Shown in pieces: positions 19,882 to 29,701 of a DNA stretch of 53,905 nt (position 1 is its first letter; every line of letters begins with the position of its first letter). Source of the stretch: a virus (taxonomy: Duplodnaviria; Caudoviricetes); the IMG/VR virus record IMGVR_UViG_3300048836_001050, positions 1 through 53,905 of that record. One strand, 5' to 3'. The translations under genes were made by a program, and so were the position numbers. Below the pieces are notes generated by a model. That model had not been told where the DNA came from. It did no database searches and worked only from the letters and a program-made list of their open reading frames with translations.

Positions 19882-20070
19882 TTACGGCTTTTTCAAGTCG
19901 GCAAACCCGCTCTTCCGGCTTGCGCCATGACTTACGGCATCCTGCCTCCTGAGCGTTTCACGGAATTTCTCCGCGCCCGCGCGCACGTTCGGATCATCGC
20001 TTTTTTGCAGATGCCCGAACGTGCGCACGAGGAGCTGTTTAAGTTGCGTGCATTCATGGCACATCGTCAC
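19882..20070 (-). CDS. small hypothetical protein
   Basis: 62 aa ORF with CxxC, overlapping the previous gene end. Confidence 0.45.
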   Translation of the reverse strand: MTMCHECTQLKQLLVRTFGHLQKSDDPNVRAGAEKFRETLRRQDAVSHGASRKSGFADLKKP

Positions 20071-20248
20071 CCCTCCCGAGCTCCCGGCGCAGCTTTTTCA
20101 TGGCTCTGTTTGCCGAGCGCTCGTCCTCTTGCGTCCACTCGATTTCCTCCGCCACATGGCTGGTAATATCAAAGCCGGGACTATCAGCGGGCGCCACCGG
20201 TTTTGTGGGCGATGATTGTTTGGTGTCGTTCATTTTGCTTTGCTCCAT
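20054..20248 (-). CDS. small hypothetical protein (candidate immunity partner)
   Basis: 64 aa, starts 7 nt after the minor head gene stop. Confidence 0.55.
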   Translation of the reverse strand: MEQSKMNDTKQSSPTKPVAPADSPGFDITSHVAEEIEWTQEDERSANRAMKKLRRELGRGDDVP

Positions 20249-20255
20249 GTCTTAC

Positions 20256-21554
20256 TTATTTTACAACAACTTCGTTCTCATCTAAATACGCGTTCAAAAT
20301 TTTTGAATGCAGACTACTCGGATCGGTATCGAATTCTACGCGTGTTTCAATGCCGTTTTCTTTCCACCACTTTGGCCCGTCTTCGGCCAACATTAAATCA
20401 TGCAAGTCTTGAGCGCCTTTGAGTGAATCCGGCAGCCTTCGTTTCTGATCAGCGGTCAATCGAGCATTGAATCCCAATCGCGGCCAAGTGTAATAGCCGT
20501 TAAATTCGGGATCGCCCGGATAGCCTTGAGCGAGCGTTTTGATACGCCGAATTCCCAGCTCGCGCGCCGCCCTGACTTGTGTGGCGAAGACCCTGACGCC
20601 CATGCCTTGAAAAGCAGTTGGTTTTTTCTCGAAGCCGATATTGTTGAGAAATAAGCCGTCAGCGTCCACTTCCAGCGACCGGAACATCGTGCCTTCCAGA
20701 AGGTCGTCATGCTCCGTGCTGATGACGATGCTTTGGCCGGTATGCTTCACGCGCACTCGTGATCCATTCGGCGCACCCACTAAATCGGCCCACTCCCGTT
20801 GCGCCAGTTCTCTTCCGAAATGCTTGCGCGAAAATTCATGGATTTTACTCTCGTTATCAAGTTTCACATCGACAGACCCGCCGAAATGCTTCGTTGAAAT
20901 CGGGTCCTGATCACCTTCGCCCCGCTTGCGGAAAATCTTGTCGCACTTGCATTTGCGCCGGCACCGCCGCGCGCCCGGATGCGGCGAACTCCCGCGCGGC
21001 ACCCAGCCCTTTGCAGCCCAGTAAAGGCAATCCTCACACGAATCCTGCGCGTGGCGAACGGAACGCTCCTCATCCAGTCCAAGCCGCTCGGCTTCCAAAT
21101 CCTTAAAAACGTAAAACGTGTGCCGTCCGGCCTGCGAGTATTGCTCGACGCGCGCCGTGAACCGGCCATCTAGAGGCAGGCCGTTTTCAATCTGGACAGC
21201 AAATTCGCGCAGATATTTGTACTCCTGCTTGACCAAAGAACCAATGCGGCCATAGTCACTCTGCCCAAGCGCGTGCCAGCCGCCTTTGGCCGCCGCCGCG
21301 TTTGCCAGATGAACGCGCGCGATGTTTTGCTCCATCGCGCGTTGCCACTGTGCGATAGAGATTTCCCGATTGCGAAGCTGCTCGGCAAGAGTGCGAACTT
21401 GCTTGCTCTTGTTTTCAAGGTACTCGTCAATGACGCGCCGCACTTCCGTGCGCGGCACGAAGCGGCCTTTATTCGGGCCGTTCAGCCAGTAGTATTGGCC
21501 GGTGGCGTCGTTAAAGCCGAACTGCGGCGTGATCAGACTGCGGCGCGTCGCCAT
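20256..21554 (-). CDS. minor head (MuF-like) protein with C-terminal GNAT-like extension
   Basis: Cys pattern SCEDC...CRRKCKC typical of head morphogenesis proteins; C-terminal FQGMGVRVF...ARELGIRRI...NGYYTWPRLGF. Confidence 0.65.
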   Translation of the reverse strand: MATRRSLITPQFGFNDATGQYYWLNGPNKGRFVPRTEVRRVIDEYLENKSKQVRTLAEQLRNREISIAQWQRAMEQNIARVHLANAAAAKGGWHALGQSDYGRIGSLVKQEYKYLREFAVQIENGLPLDGRFTARVEQYSQAGRHTFYVFKDLEAERLGLDEERSVRHAQDSCEDCLYWAAKGWVPRGSSPHPGARRCRRKCKCDKIFRKRGEGDQDPISTKHFGGSVDVKLDNESKIHEFSRKHFGRELAQREWADLVGAPNGSRVRVKHTGQSIVISTEHDDLLEGTMFRSLEVDADGLFLNNIGFEKKPTAFQGMGVRVFATQVRAARELGIRRIKTLAQGYPGDPEFNGYYTWPRLGFNARLTADQKRRLPDSLKGAQDLHDLMLAEDGPKWWKENGIETRVEFDTDPSSLHSKILNAYLDENEVVVK

Positions 21555-22141
21555 CAGAGTTTTTCGACGTGAAACGGGCCGTCCACACCGCGCTGGAATT
21601 CCGCCGCTGCATAAAGCGCGCCGCGCACCATGCGTTCGGCCTCCAACGAATCGGATGAGGGTTCACGCCAATCCGACACAGCGCGTAAATAGCCGGTGGC
21701 GACTTCACAGCCCGACCCGATGGCTTCATAACCACGTTCGATTTCATACACCGCCAGTTCGCTATCCAGCAGAAAAAGGGACGCTTGAAAAGCGATGAGC
21801 AAGTGAGAAGAACTGACAATTTTCGGCTCTCCTGCGTCTGCTTTATCAGGCGCCCATCGCTTGAATTCTTCGAGTTTTGCCGCAAGTGCCGGAACAAAAT
21901 CAGCGCACAGATAATCCATTGGATCATCGTAACCGGAAGCATCAGGAAACGTAAAAGAGTACTCCATGATCTGCGCGACGCGCGGCGCACCCGAAATGCC
22001 GATGAGCATTTCGCCGCCGGCAAACTTCTCACGAAACATTTTCCGGTTCTTCATGCGAACGCGCGTCTCGCCAAAAGATACCGCGCCGTCCGCGCCCATC
22101 CACACTTCGCCGTTTTGCACCACGCCGACAATACAGCTCAT
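21554..22141 (-). CDS. HslV/proteasome-beta-like Ntn hydrolase
   Basis: MSCIVGVVQNGEVWMGAD...K...IGISG...YEAIGSG. Confidence 0.75.
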   Translation of the reverse strand: MSCIVGVVQNGEVWMGADGAVSFGETRVRMKNRKMFREKFAGGEMLIGISGAPRVAQIMEYSFTFPDASGYDDPMDYLCADFVPALAAKLEEFKRWAPDKADAGEPKIVSSSHLLIAFQASLFLLDSELAVYEIERGYEAIGSGCEVATGYLRAVSDWREPSSDSLEAERMVRGALYAAAEFQRGVDGPFHVEKL

Positions 22142-22371
22142 AAAGATTCCTCAACTAATTTCGTTTGCCCCTGCTGAAAACACGCCGGGCACTCCAATCG
22201 CGCCGCGCCTTCGATCAATGCCTCGTCGCTGTCGGGATCGGCGCGCTCCAAATCAAGCGGCCACACGGCCACCCAGCGATGCGCGCACACGCCGCACGCG
22301 ACCAGCGACGTGACCCAGCCGCCTTCGGCTTCGCGCATGTCGTCTCGAATGGACTCGCTGAGTTCGCTCAT
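22138..22371 (-). CDS. small zinc-ribbon protein
   Basis: CGVC...ECPAC. Confidence 0.65.
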   Translation of the reverse strand: MSELSESIRDDMREAEGGWVTSLVACGVCAHRWVAVWPLDLERADPDSDEALIEGAARLECPACFQQGQTKLVEESL

Positions 22372-22781
22372 TGCAAAAATCGCATTGCTTGCATTGGGTC
22401 AGCAACCATCAATACGTCCCACTCTTTCCATTCACCCACGCCCATATCGCGGCGCGGATGTGGATCGTAAACGATTTCTCCGTCAAGGCACACAACGGAA
22501 TGCAAGCCGTCATGTCGCGGGCTTTGCGCTGCTAAAAGCGCATAGCCGCGCGGCTTCCACCCATCGTATTTGAAAGTCACAATGTAAAATCCACGCGGCA
22601 GCAAAAACTCTTGGTTTAGGCGCTCGGTGTATTGCAGCCAACCATCATCGTTATGCTTATCCAATTCCTGCGGCGTAGCTTGCGGCACTTCGTCTAAAGC
22701 GACCTCAAAAAGAGAGGCAAGACAAGCGGCGAAGCAGTTACCATCCGTGCCACTAAGCCGCGTCTGCTCAACTGGTTTCAT
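22368..22781 (-). CDS. papain-like (C39-like) peptidase fold protein
   Basis: EQ...GNCFAACLASL...HSVV...IVYDP gives a Cys-His-Asp pattern. Confidence 0.65.
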   Translation of the reverse strand: MKPVEQTRLSGTDGNCFAACLASLFEVALDEVPQATPQELDKHNDDGWLQYTERLNQEFLLPRGFYIVTFKYDGWKPRGYALLAAQSPRHDGLHSVVCLDGEIVYDPHPRRDMGVGEWKEWDVLMVADPMQAMRFLQ

Positions 22782-22822
22782 TATTCTCCTTTGTCTTCTT
22801 CGAACATCCGTTTACTTTGGAT

Positions 22823-23455
22823 TTAGGTTAAAGCTGGACACGACGGTAAATACCACCGCTCATCGGGAAAAGCATGGCGGCCAAATTTCTTTTCAACGTT
22901 GAGATCAATCAGGCCACGGCGCTTATCACAACCCATCTCCAATAACTTTCGCGTGATCTGGACATCCTGCAAACAATAATCGATAACCTGGCCAAAGTGC
23001 CCGCGCTGCCAAAGTTCAGGAGCGAGCGCACCGTTGCCGCTCTTGCCGTAACCAAGATTGCTCTGCGCTAAATTCCCCAAAGACAAACCCTTTGACGAAA
23101 CCCCCTGGGTGTACTCCTCTGGCTCTCCAGCCGCCCGACGAACTTTTCGAAGAAGATCATAAGTCGTTGTGATGTCGATGTTGTTGGCGCGGCAAAGAGC
23201 ATCATCAAAGGAAAGCGAATTGAAGCCGATAATATGCTCGCGCTCTTTGATCAAGGCTCGAAATTCATCCAGATTATCGGGAAGGAAAACGCGATAGCGA
23301 TCTTCCCGATAATCGTAAACGCCGATACAGGAAATCCCCATATTGGCATGATCGTCCCAGCCTCTGCAGTAATTCAAATCGTCTTCGGGTTCACCTTTGG
23401 ACGGGATACAGTTGATAATTTCGCAGTCGTAAATAATGGCGCTGTTACCGTTCAT
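22823..23455 (-). CDS. RNase H-like DEDD 3'-5' exonuclease domain protein
   Basis: IIYDCEI, IIGFNSLSFD, YCLQDV; ATGA overlap at 23452-23455. Confidence 0.8.
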   Translation of the reverse strand: MNGNSAIIYDCEIINCIPSKGEPEDDLNYCRGWDDHANMGISCIGVYDYREDRYRVFLPDNLDEFRALIKEREHIIGFNSLSFDDALCRANNIDITTTYDLLRKVRRAAGEPEEYTQGVSSKGLSLGNLAQSNLGYGKSGNGALAPELWQRGHFGQVIDYCLQDVQITRKLLEMGCDKRRGLIDLNVEKKFGRHAFPDERWYLPSCPALT

Positions 23456-23661
23456 TCGCTCTTTTCTCCGTCCAACAACGTCTTGAATTTTTTCGGCGCG
23501 TTTTCCCGCCAATCATCCGCCGCATCTTCGGCGAACGCTTCCATCGCCTCGGCGCTCGTCATTTCGTCCAATTCGGCCTCGGTGCGGCGAATTGCTTTGC
23601 CGCGCGCTTTCACGGGTTTAACGATCCCCGGCTTTTCTTCGCTCGTTTCTTTATTCGGCAT
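23452..23661 (-). CDS. small hypothetical protein
   Basis: MPNKETSEEKPG..., overlapping the portal stop. Confidence 0.6.
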   Translation of the reverse strand: MPNKETSEEKPGIVKPVKARGKAIRRTEAELDEMTSAEAMEAFAEDAADDWRENAPKKFKTLLDGEKSE

Positions 23662-25306
23662 TATTTGCATCCTCCACAAAATCACTTCGCGCCATCGCCG
23701 CGGCGCGCTCTTCGTCCACGCCCGCTTCAAGGGCGGCTTCTTCGACGCCCGCGCCAGCCGCGCTCCACAACTGCGCGATGGTCGCCTGGTTCTTCTTCCA
23801 TTCCTGCGATGACTCCTGCTCACCCTGCAATTTTTGCTGCTCTCCATCTAAATCTTCGATTCCAAGCATGGATTGCGCGGTTTCCCGCGAGATCATTCCG
23901 CCTTCGTGCAGTTCCAGCAAAGCGCGCTTTTCATCCGGCGTCATCGGCCCGGGATCGAGGCGGCAGTCCACGCGCACGCGCAGCTCCTTGAACCGTTTCA
24001 AGCTGTCTTTATCATCGGCGAGAAACGCGGCCAAGAGCAGCACCGCGCGCAGCCGGGAGCGGAGTACGCCCTCGATCTTCGGCTTGGTTTTCAAAAGGCT
24101 TTGCACGAAGTCGGCGCGCGCCTGCACGCGGGAAACCGCCGAAGCCGTCGCATCGCCGGAAATCAAAACGTGGAGTTGCGAAACGGCCTGATAAAAGCCG
24201 CGCTCGAAGCGCTCGGCGGCGGTGATGAGCGGCTCGGGCGAAACCGGATCGCTGATAATGACCGCGCCGTTGGCAATTTTCTCGTTGCCGGTATCATCTC
24301 TGTAAACAATGCCGGTTAAAAAATTCGCGGCGTCGGCGCCGACTTCCAAAGCCGCCGCTTCCAGCCGGTAACCTTCGGCCTTGCTCGTATCAGACACCTG
24401 CACCTGCGGGCGCTGCAAGTTGATGTAGTTGCGCTCGCGAAAACCGGCCAGATCGCCATTCTTCAAAATCATCGAATTGATGACGTTGAGCGCGTTTTGC
24501 AGTTTGTGCGCGGCGGGCGAAATCAACGACGGCAGTTCGGCGACATCCACGTACAATTCGCCGCCCAGATCCTGAATCGCCTCACCACCCTCGACGATCA
24601 CGTCCTCTTCGAGAATGCGAATCACGGTTTGGCCCGCGGCGTTCACAAAGGAGATTTCGACGCGCTCGACTTCGACTTCCTTGCCGTCGCGCAGCACGTT
24701 TTCTTTGTAAACGAAGATTGAAACCGGCTGCATGGTCGCGCGCTCGACGTGAACCGTCGCGCTTTCGGGCGCCGGGCATTCCATGTAAATCGCGTCCAGT
24801 GCGCTCTTCCAATCACTGTTTTTCAGGAGCCTTCCGTCTTCGCGCAAAAGACCTGACGGCACCCACACGCGCAGCGCCGCGCGCCCGGTAGCGATCAGTT
24901 GGGCTGCGAATTCTCCCAGCACTTCATGGCCGCCCTGCGCATCCCACCACGCGCCCACGGCGGCGTTGGTTTCTTCGATGTCGCGCGCTTCTTCGGGCGC
25001 CATTTCCTCGTCTTCTTTTAATGCGCGCGCCAGCACGTATTCGAACGCCGGCTCGTGCCCGACGACGCCATCCACATGGCGACGCGTCGCTTCCTCGATC
25101 AGTGGCTGCGGCACGAACATGCGCGCGAGTTCTTCTTCAACCACGGCGCGGTTCTCGGCGTCGAGCGGTGGGCGCGTCCCGGCCCAGGCGTCCATGTTCT
25201 GCCAGTAATCGCCGTCCAGATACCGGAGCGTGGTTTTCGCGCCGGGCGAAAGCGCGGGCACGAGCGCCTTGGCGTCATCGGTTTTGGTGAGTTCGTTCGG
25301 GTTCAT
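23651..25306 (-). CDS. portal protein
   Basis: 551 aa directly after terminase; YLDGDYW N-terminus, GMISRETAQSMLG C-terminal motif. Confidence 0.8.
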   Translation of the reverse strand: MNPNELTKTDDAKALVPALSPGAKTTLRYLDGDYWQNMDAWAGTRPPLDAENRAVVEEELARMFVPQPLIEEATRRHVDGVVGHEPAFEYVLARALKEDEEMAPEEARDIEETNAAVGAWWDAQGGHEVLGEFAAQLIATGRAALRVWVPSGLLREDGRLLKNSDWKSALDAIYMECPAPESATVHVERATMQPVSIFVYKENVLRDGKEVEVERVEISFVNAAGQTVIRILEEDVIVEGGEAIQDLGGELYVDVAELPSLISPAAHKLQNALNVINSMILKNGDLAGFRERNYINLQRPQVQVSDTSKAEGYRLEAAALEVGADAANFLTGIVYRDDTGNEKIANGAVIISDPVSPEPLITAAERFERGFYQAVSQLHVLISGDATASAVSRVQARADFVQSLLKTKPKIEGVLRSRLRAVLLLAAFLADDKDSLKRFKELRVRVDCRLDPGPMTPDEKRALLELHEGGMISRETAQSMLGIEDLDGEQQKLQGEQESSQEWKKNQATIAQLWSAAGAGVEEAALEAGVDEERAAAMARSDFVEDANNAE

Positions 25307-25318
25307 GGAATGAATTTT

Positions 25319-26917
25319 TTATCGCCTTGATTGAATGTTATGTTGATGCGCGCTGCGCCAGTTCGTCATGCCGCGCCCGCTGGTCGAAGGCGGAATATTC
25401 GTTTTAGGCAACGGTTCCGGTTCGTCATACAGCGTTTGAATCACGGCGTCGGCGGCATCCGTCGAGCGGTGCAGCCGTTTTTTCACGTCGTCTTTGCTTT
25501 CGACTTTGATTCGTTCGCGCCCTGCCTCTTTCCACTTGGGCGCGCTCAAATCGCCCGTCAGCCGGTCATCGGGCGGCAGCGCCCAGTTCTCGCCATACTG
25601 AGGATCGAGCATCTCGCGCATCGTCCACCACGCCCAACTCCGCAAATCGGCAAACCCGAACTCGCCGCTCCGATCCGTTTTCTCGCGCCCGCGTCGGTCT
25701 TTCAGTGGCTGCGTCGCGCCTGCTACAAAGCCCAGCACGTTACTAAACCCCAACCGGCGCAAGTGACTCACGGTTCCCGATCCCACGCCGATGGCATCCA
25801 CCACGCAGCGCAGATTCTTGTTGTCGTCCATCACGCGCGCCGCGCGGTCGCCGATCTTAAGCGGGTCGCTCGACGTCTCGTAAACCAGATTGTCAATCGC
25901 CTTTTTCACATTTCCCTGTTGCACATCAAACAATTTCGCCAATGCCGAAGGATCGCCACCCGCGCCTACATCCACGCCGAGCGCCTCGAGTACTCCCGGC
26001 TTGCCTGCCTCATCCCATTCCTTCCACCGCTCCTGCGCCGCTTCGATCCACGACAGCGGAATCACCGTGTCTTCTTCCTCCGAAGCGAAGTTGCCGAGTA
26101 CTCTCCGTTGATAAAGCGAGCTTTCTTCGCCCCACTGCGCTTTACGCTGCTCGGCCCACTCCTGCGACACGCGCCGCGCCCGGATCGTTTCTTCGAGCGT
26201 GACCGCCCGCGCCCACCAGTCTTCGAAACCGGCCTTCTTCGACTGGATGTCGTAGAACCGCCCGAACGGATCACCGGGAGTACTCACCGCGAGGGCATAC
26301 GCTTCGCCGGGCAAGTCGCCCCCTGCCGTCGAGAACGCGCCCTCGGCGGCATCGAACGTCGCGTCGGGAATCGTTTTCGACTCGTCAAACAAATAAAACA
26401 AACAATCCGCGTGCGCGCCCTCAATGTATTCCGGCACGTCCGACGCCACGGCGAACGCTTCGCCGGTCGAGAGTTTCAAGTTCAGCTTTTGCAACTCCAA
26501 CCGCTCATCAAACGGAGCGCGCCCGATTTTCTCCCAGCGCAGTTTTCGCGACCATTTGTGGATTTCGGGCCAGAGGAACTTCGTGAGCTGTCGCCAAGCG
26601 GAGGCGGTAGTGGCGATCTTCCAGTCTTCGCCGTCACGCGTCAAAGCGAACCAAAGCACGCCCCACGCCGACAGCGAGGTTTTACCCAGACCATGCGGAC
26701 CGCGCACGCACACGCGCCGCCGCAACGGGAATTCTTCCATGATTTCATTCTGGTAAAAGGACGGCCCTTCGCCGTCCTTCCACGCGATGCAATCATGGAC
26801 AAACCCTGCCCAGTTGTGGCGATACCGAGTTTTAAAGGTGCTGTGAATCGGCGCGCTCGTGCTTTGACGCCGCCGCCGCTCAAGTTCCGCCTGCGCCCGA
26901 ATCTGCAATGTCGTCAT
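25319..26917 (-). CDS. terL: terminase large subunit
   Basis: Walker A RGPHGLGKT, Walker B YLFDES, STP coupling motif, nuclease LGVDVG and STDAADA. Confidence 0.93.
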   Translation of the reverse strand: MTTLQIRAQAELERRRRQSTSAPIHSTFKTRYRHNWAGFVHDCIAWKDGEGPSFYQNEIMEEFPLRRRVCVRGPHGLGKTSLSAWGVLWFALTRDGEDWKIATTASAWRQLTKFLWPEIHKWSRKLRWEKIGRAPFDERLELQKLNLKLSTGEAFAVASDVPEYIEGAHADCLFYLFDESKTIPDATFDAAEGAFSTAGGDLPGEAYALAVSTPGDPFGRFYDIQSKKAGFEDWWARAVTLEETIRARRVSQEWAEQRKAQWGEESSLYQRRVLGNFASEEEDTVIPLSWIEAAQERWKEWDEAGKPGVLEALGVDVGAGGDPSALAKLFDVQQGNVKKAIDNLVYETSSDPLKIGDRAARVMDDNKNLRCVVDAIGVGSGTVSHLRRLGFSNVLGFVAGATQPLKDRRGREKTDRSGEFGFADLRSWAWWTMREMLDPQYGENWALPPDDRLTGDLSAPKWKEAGRERIKVESKDDVKKRLHRSTDAADAVIQTLYDEPEPLPKTNIPPSTSGRGMTNWRSAHQHNIQSRR

Positions 26918-27521
26918 GAGGATTCAGTGCGCCCGCTTCGTTTCCCGCTCCTTCGGTCAGTCCCAGAACTTTGTAAATGCTCTCGCCTTTCGACAATCGC
27001 AAAAGCTGTTCTTCGCTTAAAGTACTCAGGTCAATATATTTCACGATGTCCGACTCGCCGCCCAGCATTTTCTGTGCGGCCAGCAAGCGCGCCACGCTAT
27101 TCAAGTTCCAGCGCACCGGCTCAATAATCGTCGTGCCGCCGCTCCCGCCGCTGGTGACTTTGGCCAGCGGAAAGTCCAGCATCTTCTCGACCTTCTCCAC
27201 CAGCCGCTCGCGGACTGTGAACAAGCGATCCTCCAAAGCCTGCTGGCGCTCGCGCAGGCGCTCCTCGCTTTGCTGCTGTTGCCACACGTCCCACGCCGCC
27301 GCGCGCTCACGCCACCGCCATTTTTCAAAAACCTGATGCCACGCGCCCGACGCCTGGCTTTGCTTTTCTTTGCCTTTCTTTGCCTGAATCGTGTTGTAAG
27401 CCGCCACCAGCGAACGGGACGGCCCCAGCATCAACCACACGTGAAACCACTCGTAATGATGTTTTTTTTCGCCGGGCTGCCTCTCCCAGACCGGAATATT
27501 CTGCTCGCTCTGCGCCTCCAT
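26880..27521 (-). CDS. putative terminase small subunit
   Basis: WERQPGE...GPSRSL...WRWRERAAAWD, directly upstream of terL. Confidence 0.7.
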   Translation of the reverse strand: MEAQSEQNIPVWERQPGEKKHHYEWFHVWLMLGPSRSLVAAYNTIQAKKGKEKQSQASGAWHQVFEKWRWRERAAAWDVWQQQQSEERLRERQQALEDRLFTVRERLVEKVEKMLDFPLAKVTSGGSGGTTIIEPVRWNLNSVARLLAAQKMLGGESDIVKYIDLSTLSEEQLLRLSKGESIYKVLGLTEGAGNEAGALNPHDDIADSGAGGT

Positions 27522-27551
27522 AAATCACCAACAAAAAATTCTCGACTTCCC

Positions 27552-27580
27552 TTGAACCTTCATCCGAAGCTGCTTAATAT
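27552..27580 (+). promoter_or_regulatory. sigma70-like promoter for a leaderless antisense moron
   Basis: TTGAAC (27552-27557), 17 nt, TAATAT (27575-27580); ATG at 27588. Confidence 0.55.
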
Positions 27581-27587
27581 GGCAGCC

Positions 27588-27818
27588 ATGAATACAACTA
27601 CCACCAACCCGCCCGATATTGAAGTCCTCGCCGCCCGCGTCCGACTTTGCAAAAAGACCGTTGCCGACTACAAGCGCGGTCATGCGCTCGGTCATGTTTC
27701 CTACGACGATCTCGCCGCCGCAGGCAAAGAACTTTCCGCTGCCATGTTCGAGTACTCCCAGGCGAAGTTTCCAAACGTCAAGCCGCGCCGTATTCCGTAT
27801 CAGGCGATCATTCGCTGA
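27588..27818 (+). CDS. small hypothetical moron protein (76 aa)
   Basis: MNTTTTNPPDIEVLAARVRLCKK...PYQAIIR fills the gap between the methylase and terS on the opposite strand. Confidence 0.65.
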   Translation: MNTTTTNPPDIEVLAARVRLCKKTVADYKRGHALGHVSYDDLAAAGKELSAAMFEYSQAKFPNVKPRRIPYQAIIR

Positions 27819-29334
27819 CACCTTCTTCGCCTTCTTCCACGCTCAAATCCCCGAATTCGGTTGCTCCCAGAATATCGGGGATTTTTTGTGGATCGCCTTT
27901 ATAAAAGACCTGAACGTACTGATGCGTTCGTCCCAACTTGCGATATTTTCCAAACTGCGCGTTCACGCGGATCGGCAGGCTGCCGAACGGCGTGAGCAGA
28001 ATCGCGTCGTTGTAATACGAGCAGCCCGCGCTCGTAAACGCCTCGACGGTATCTTCAATAAACGGCAATAAGCAGCCCTTGTGCTCGCCTTCTTTGGGAT
28101 CGCGGCACGAGCCGATCACGAAGCACGCGAAGCGATTTTCTTTCAGGCGCGCGGCGGCGGCGTGGATAATGGCGCGATATCCCGCGCGAAAGTCGGCATA
28201 GTCCATGCGCGACAAGTCGCGCGGATCGTCGGAGTAGATCTCCAGCCCCGCATACGGCGGGCAGGAAAAAATATAATCAGCCTGCCAGTCCGCGCCGATG
28301 CCTTCCTGCTGCGTCAGAAGTGATTCGAGCTGCGTACTGTCGCCGTTGATCCACGTCGGCTCATGAGCGATGCCGCGCTCGCCCCATGCCTCTTTAACGC
28401 GAGGCCACGTTTCTATGTTCGCGCTGATTTGCTTCGGGTTCAAGTCAAGACCGACATACTCGCGTCCCAGCAATGCGGCCATCGCTCCGCGCGTCACGCC
28501 GCCCGAAAACGGATCGAGTACTTTGCCGCCTTCAGGACAAAACCAGCGATAAGCCAATTCGCACAGGACGGGATCGAAGCCGCTCGTGCCGTGCAAAACG
28601 TTCATGCCGCGCTTTTTGGCTTCTTCGATGATTTCCGGCCAGGACGGAGTACGACCCCATTCCTGAATTAACTGCGTGCGCAGCTCGTACATCGCGGGCG
28701 ACTGGCAACTGTTGGAATACGTGATGTTGTCGTCGCGCCCGATTTCGCTGAACATCCCAAAGGCGTGCCAGGCGCGCTTGCGCTCCTGCCAGTAGCCCTG
28801 CCGCGCATCAAGCACGCTAAAAGGCGGAACGCCAAAGCGCGCAGCGAGCGTAGCTTTGGCCTGCGTTTTCTGCTCCTCGCTGGCCGCGTCCTCGGCGTTC
28901 TGCTGCTGGGATTCCAATTCACTCAGCAGATCGCTTAAAAACGCGTCGTCGTAACCCGTGCCTTCGAGGGTGCCCTGCTCTTCCTGAATCTCTTTCAAAA
29001 GCGCGGCGAGTGTGGTCTCATCATCGCTGCCCAGCCGCGCGGTGCGATTGTCGCTCGCCAGCACGCGCAGGGCATGGGCGTCGGAATCGGTTTCGATGAT
29101 CTCGACGGGAATCTGAGCCATTCCCAATTCGCGCGCCGCCATCACACGGTGGTTGCCGGCGAGGACTTTGCCGCTGCGTTTGTCCACCACCACGCGCCCC
29201 CAGAATCCGTTTTGCCGAAACGATTCGATGATGGATTCCAGATCGCCACGATTGGGATTCGCTTCGTGCAGGGACAGCGAATTCGGCTCGCGCATAGCGG
29301 TTTCGATGTTGAGGATGCGAATGTCCTGGCTCAT
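27808..29334 (-). CDS. ParB/Srx-like domain fused to an N4/N6 DNA methyltransferase
   Basis: NPNRGD...LAGNHRVMAA...DNRT; VLDPFSGG and SCPPY motifs. Confidence 0.88.
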   Translation of the reverse strand: MSQDIRILNIETAMREPNSLSLHEANPNRGDLESIIESFRQNGFWGRVVVDKRSGKVLAGNHRVMAARELGMAQIPVEIIETDSDAHALRVLASDNRTARLGSDDETTLAALLKEIQEEQGTLEGTGYDDAFLSDLLSELESQQQNAEDAASEEQKTQAKATLAARFGVPPFSVLDARQGYWQERKRAWHAFGMFSEIGRDDNITYSNSCQSPAMYELRTQLIQEWGRTPSWPEIIEEAKKRGMNVLHGTSGFDPVLCELAYRWFCPEGGKVLDPFSGGVTRGAMAALLGREYVGLDLNPKQISANIETWPRVKEAWGERGIAHEPTWINGDSTQLESLLTQQEGIGADWQADYIFSCPPYAGLEIYSDDPRDLSRMDYADFRAGYRAIIHAAAARLKENRFACFVIGSCRDPKEGEHKGCLLPFIEDTVEAFTSAGCSYYNDAILLTPFGSLPIRVNAQFGKYRKLGRTHQYVQVFYKGDPQKIPDILGATEFGDLSVEEGEEGVSE

Positions 29335-29696
29335 AAAATTTCTTCCACTCCGTCAGCATCGCGCAACACATGCACCCGCACGCCGAACAAGGCGGCGAAG
29401 CGGTGAAACCGCTCCTGCTTATCGGATAATTTACCCGTCCGGGTTTTGACTTCAATCAGCAACACTCGCGCTTCGCCGGTTGCGGGATCACCCTTGAACG
29501 CCGCCAGATCAGGAAAGCCGCACGCCGCGTTCATCCCGTAAACGATGTAGTTCTTCACGTATTTGCCGCGCGCGTCCGTAAAGCCGCCGCCGTTAAAACG
29601 CACTACCATGTAACCGTGATAGCGCAGCGTGGCGGCGATGGCGTTCTGGATCGCGCGCTCGGCGGGTTCGGGGCGTTGGAGCTTCAGGGTTTTCAT
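29331..29696 (-). CDS. VRR-NUC domain nuclease
   Basis: ERAIQ...GFPDL...LIEVKTRTGKLSDKQ. Confidence 0.85.
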   Translation of the reverse strand: MKTLKLQRPEPAERAIQNAIAATLRYHGYMVVRFNGGGFTDARGKYVKNYIVYGMNAACGFPDLAAFKGDPATGEARVLLIEVKTRTGKLSDKQERFHRFAALFGVRVHVLRDADGVEEIL

Positions 29697-29701
29697 CGCT
29701 T

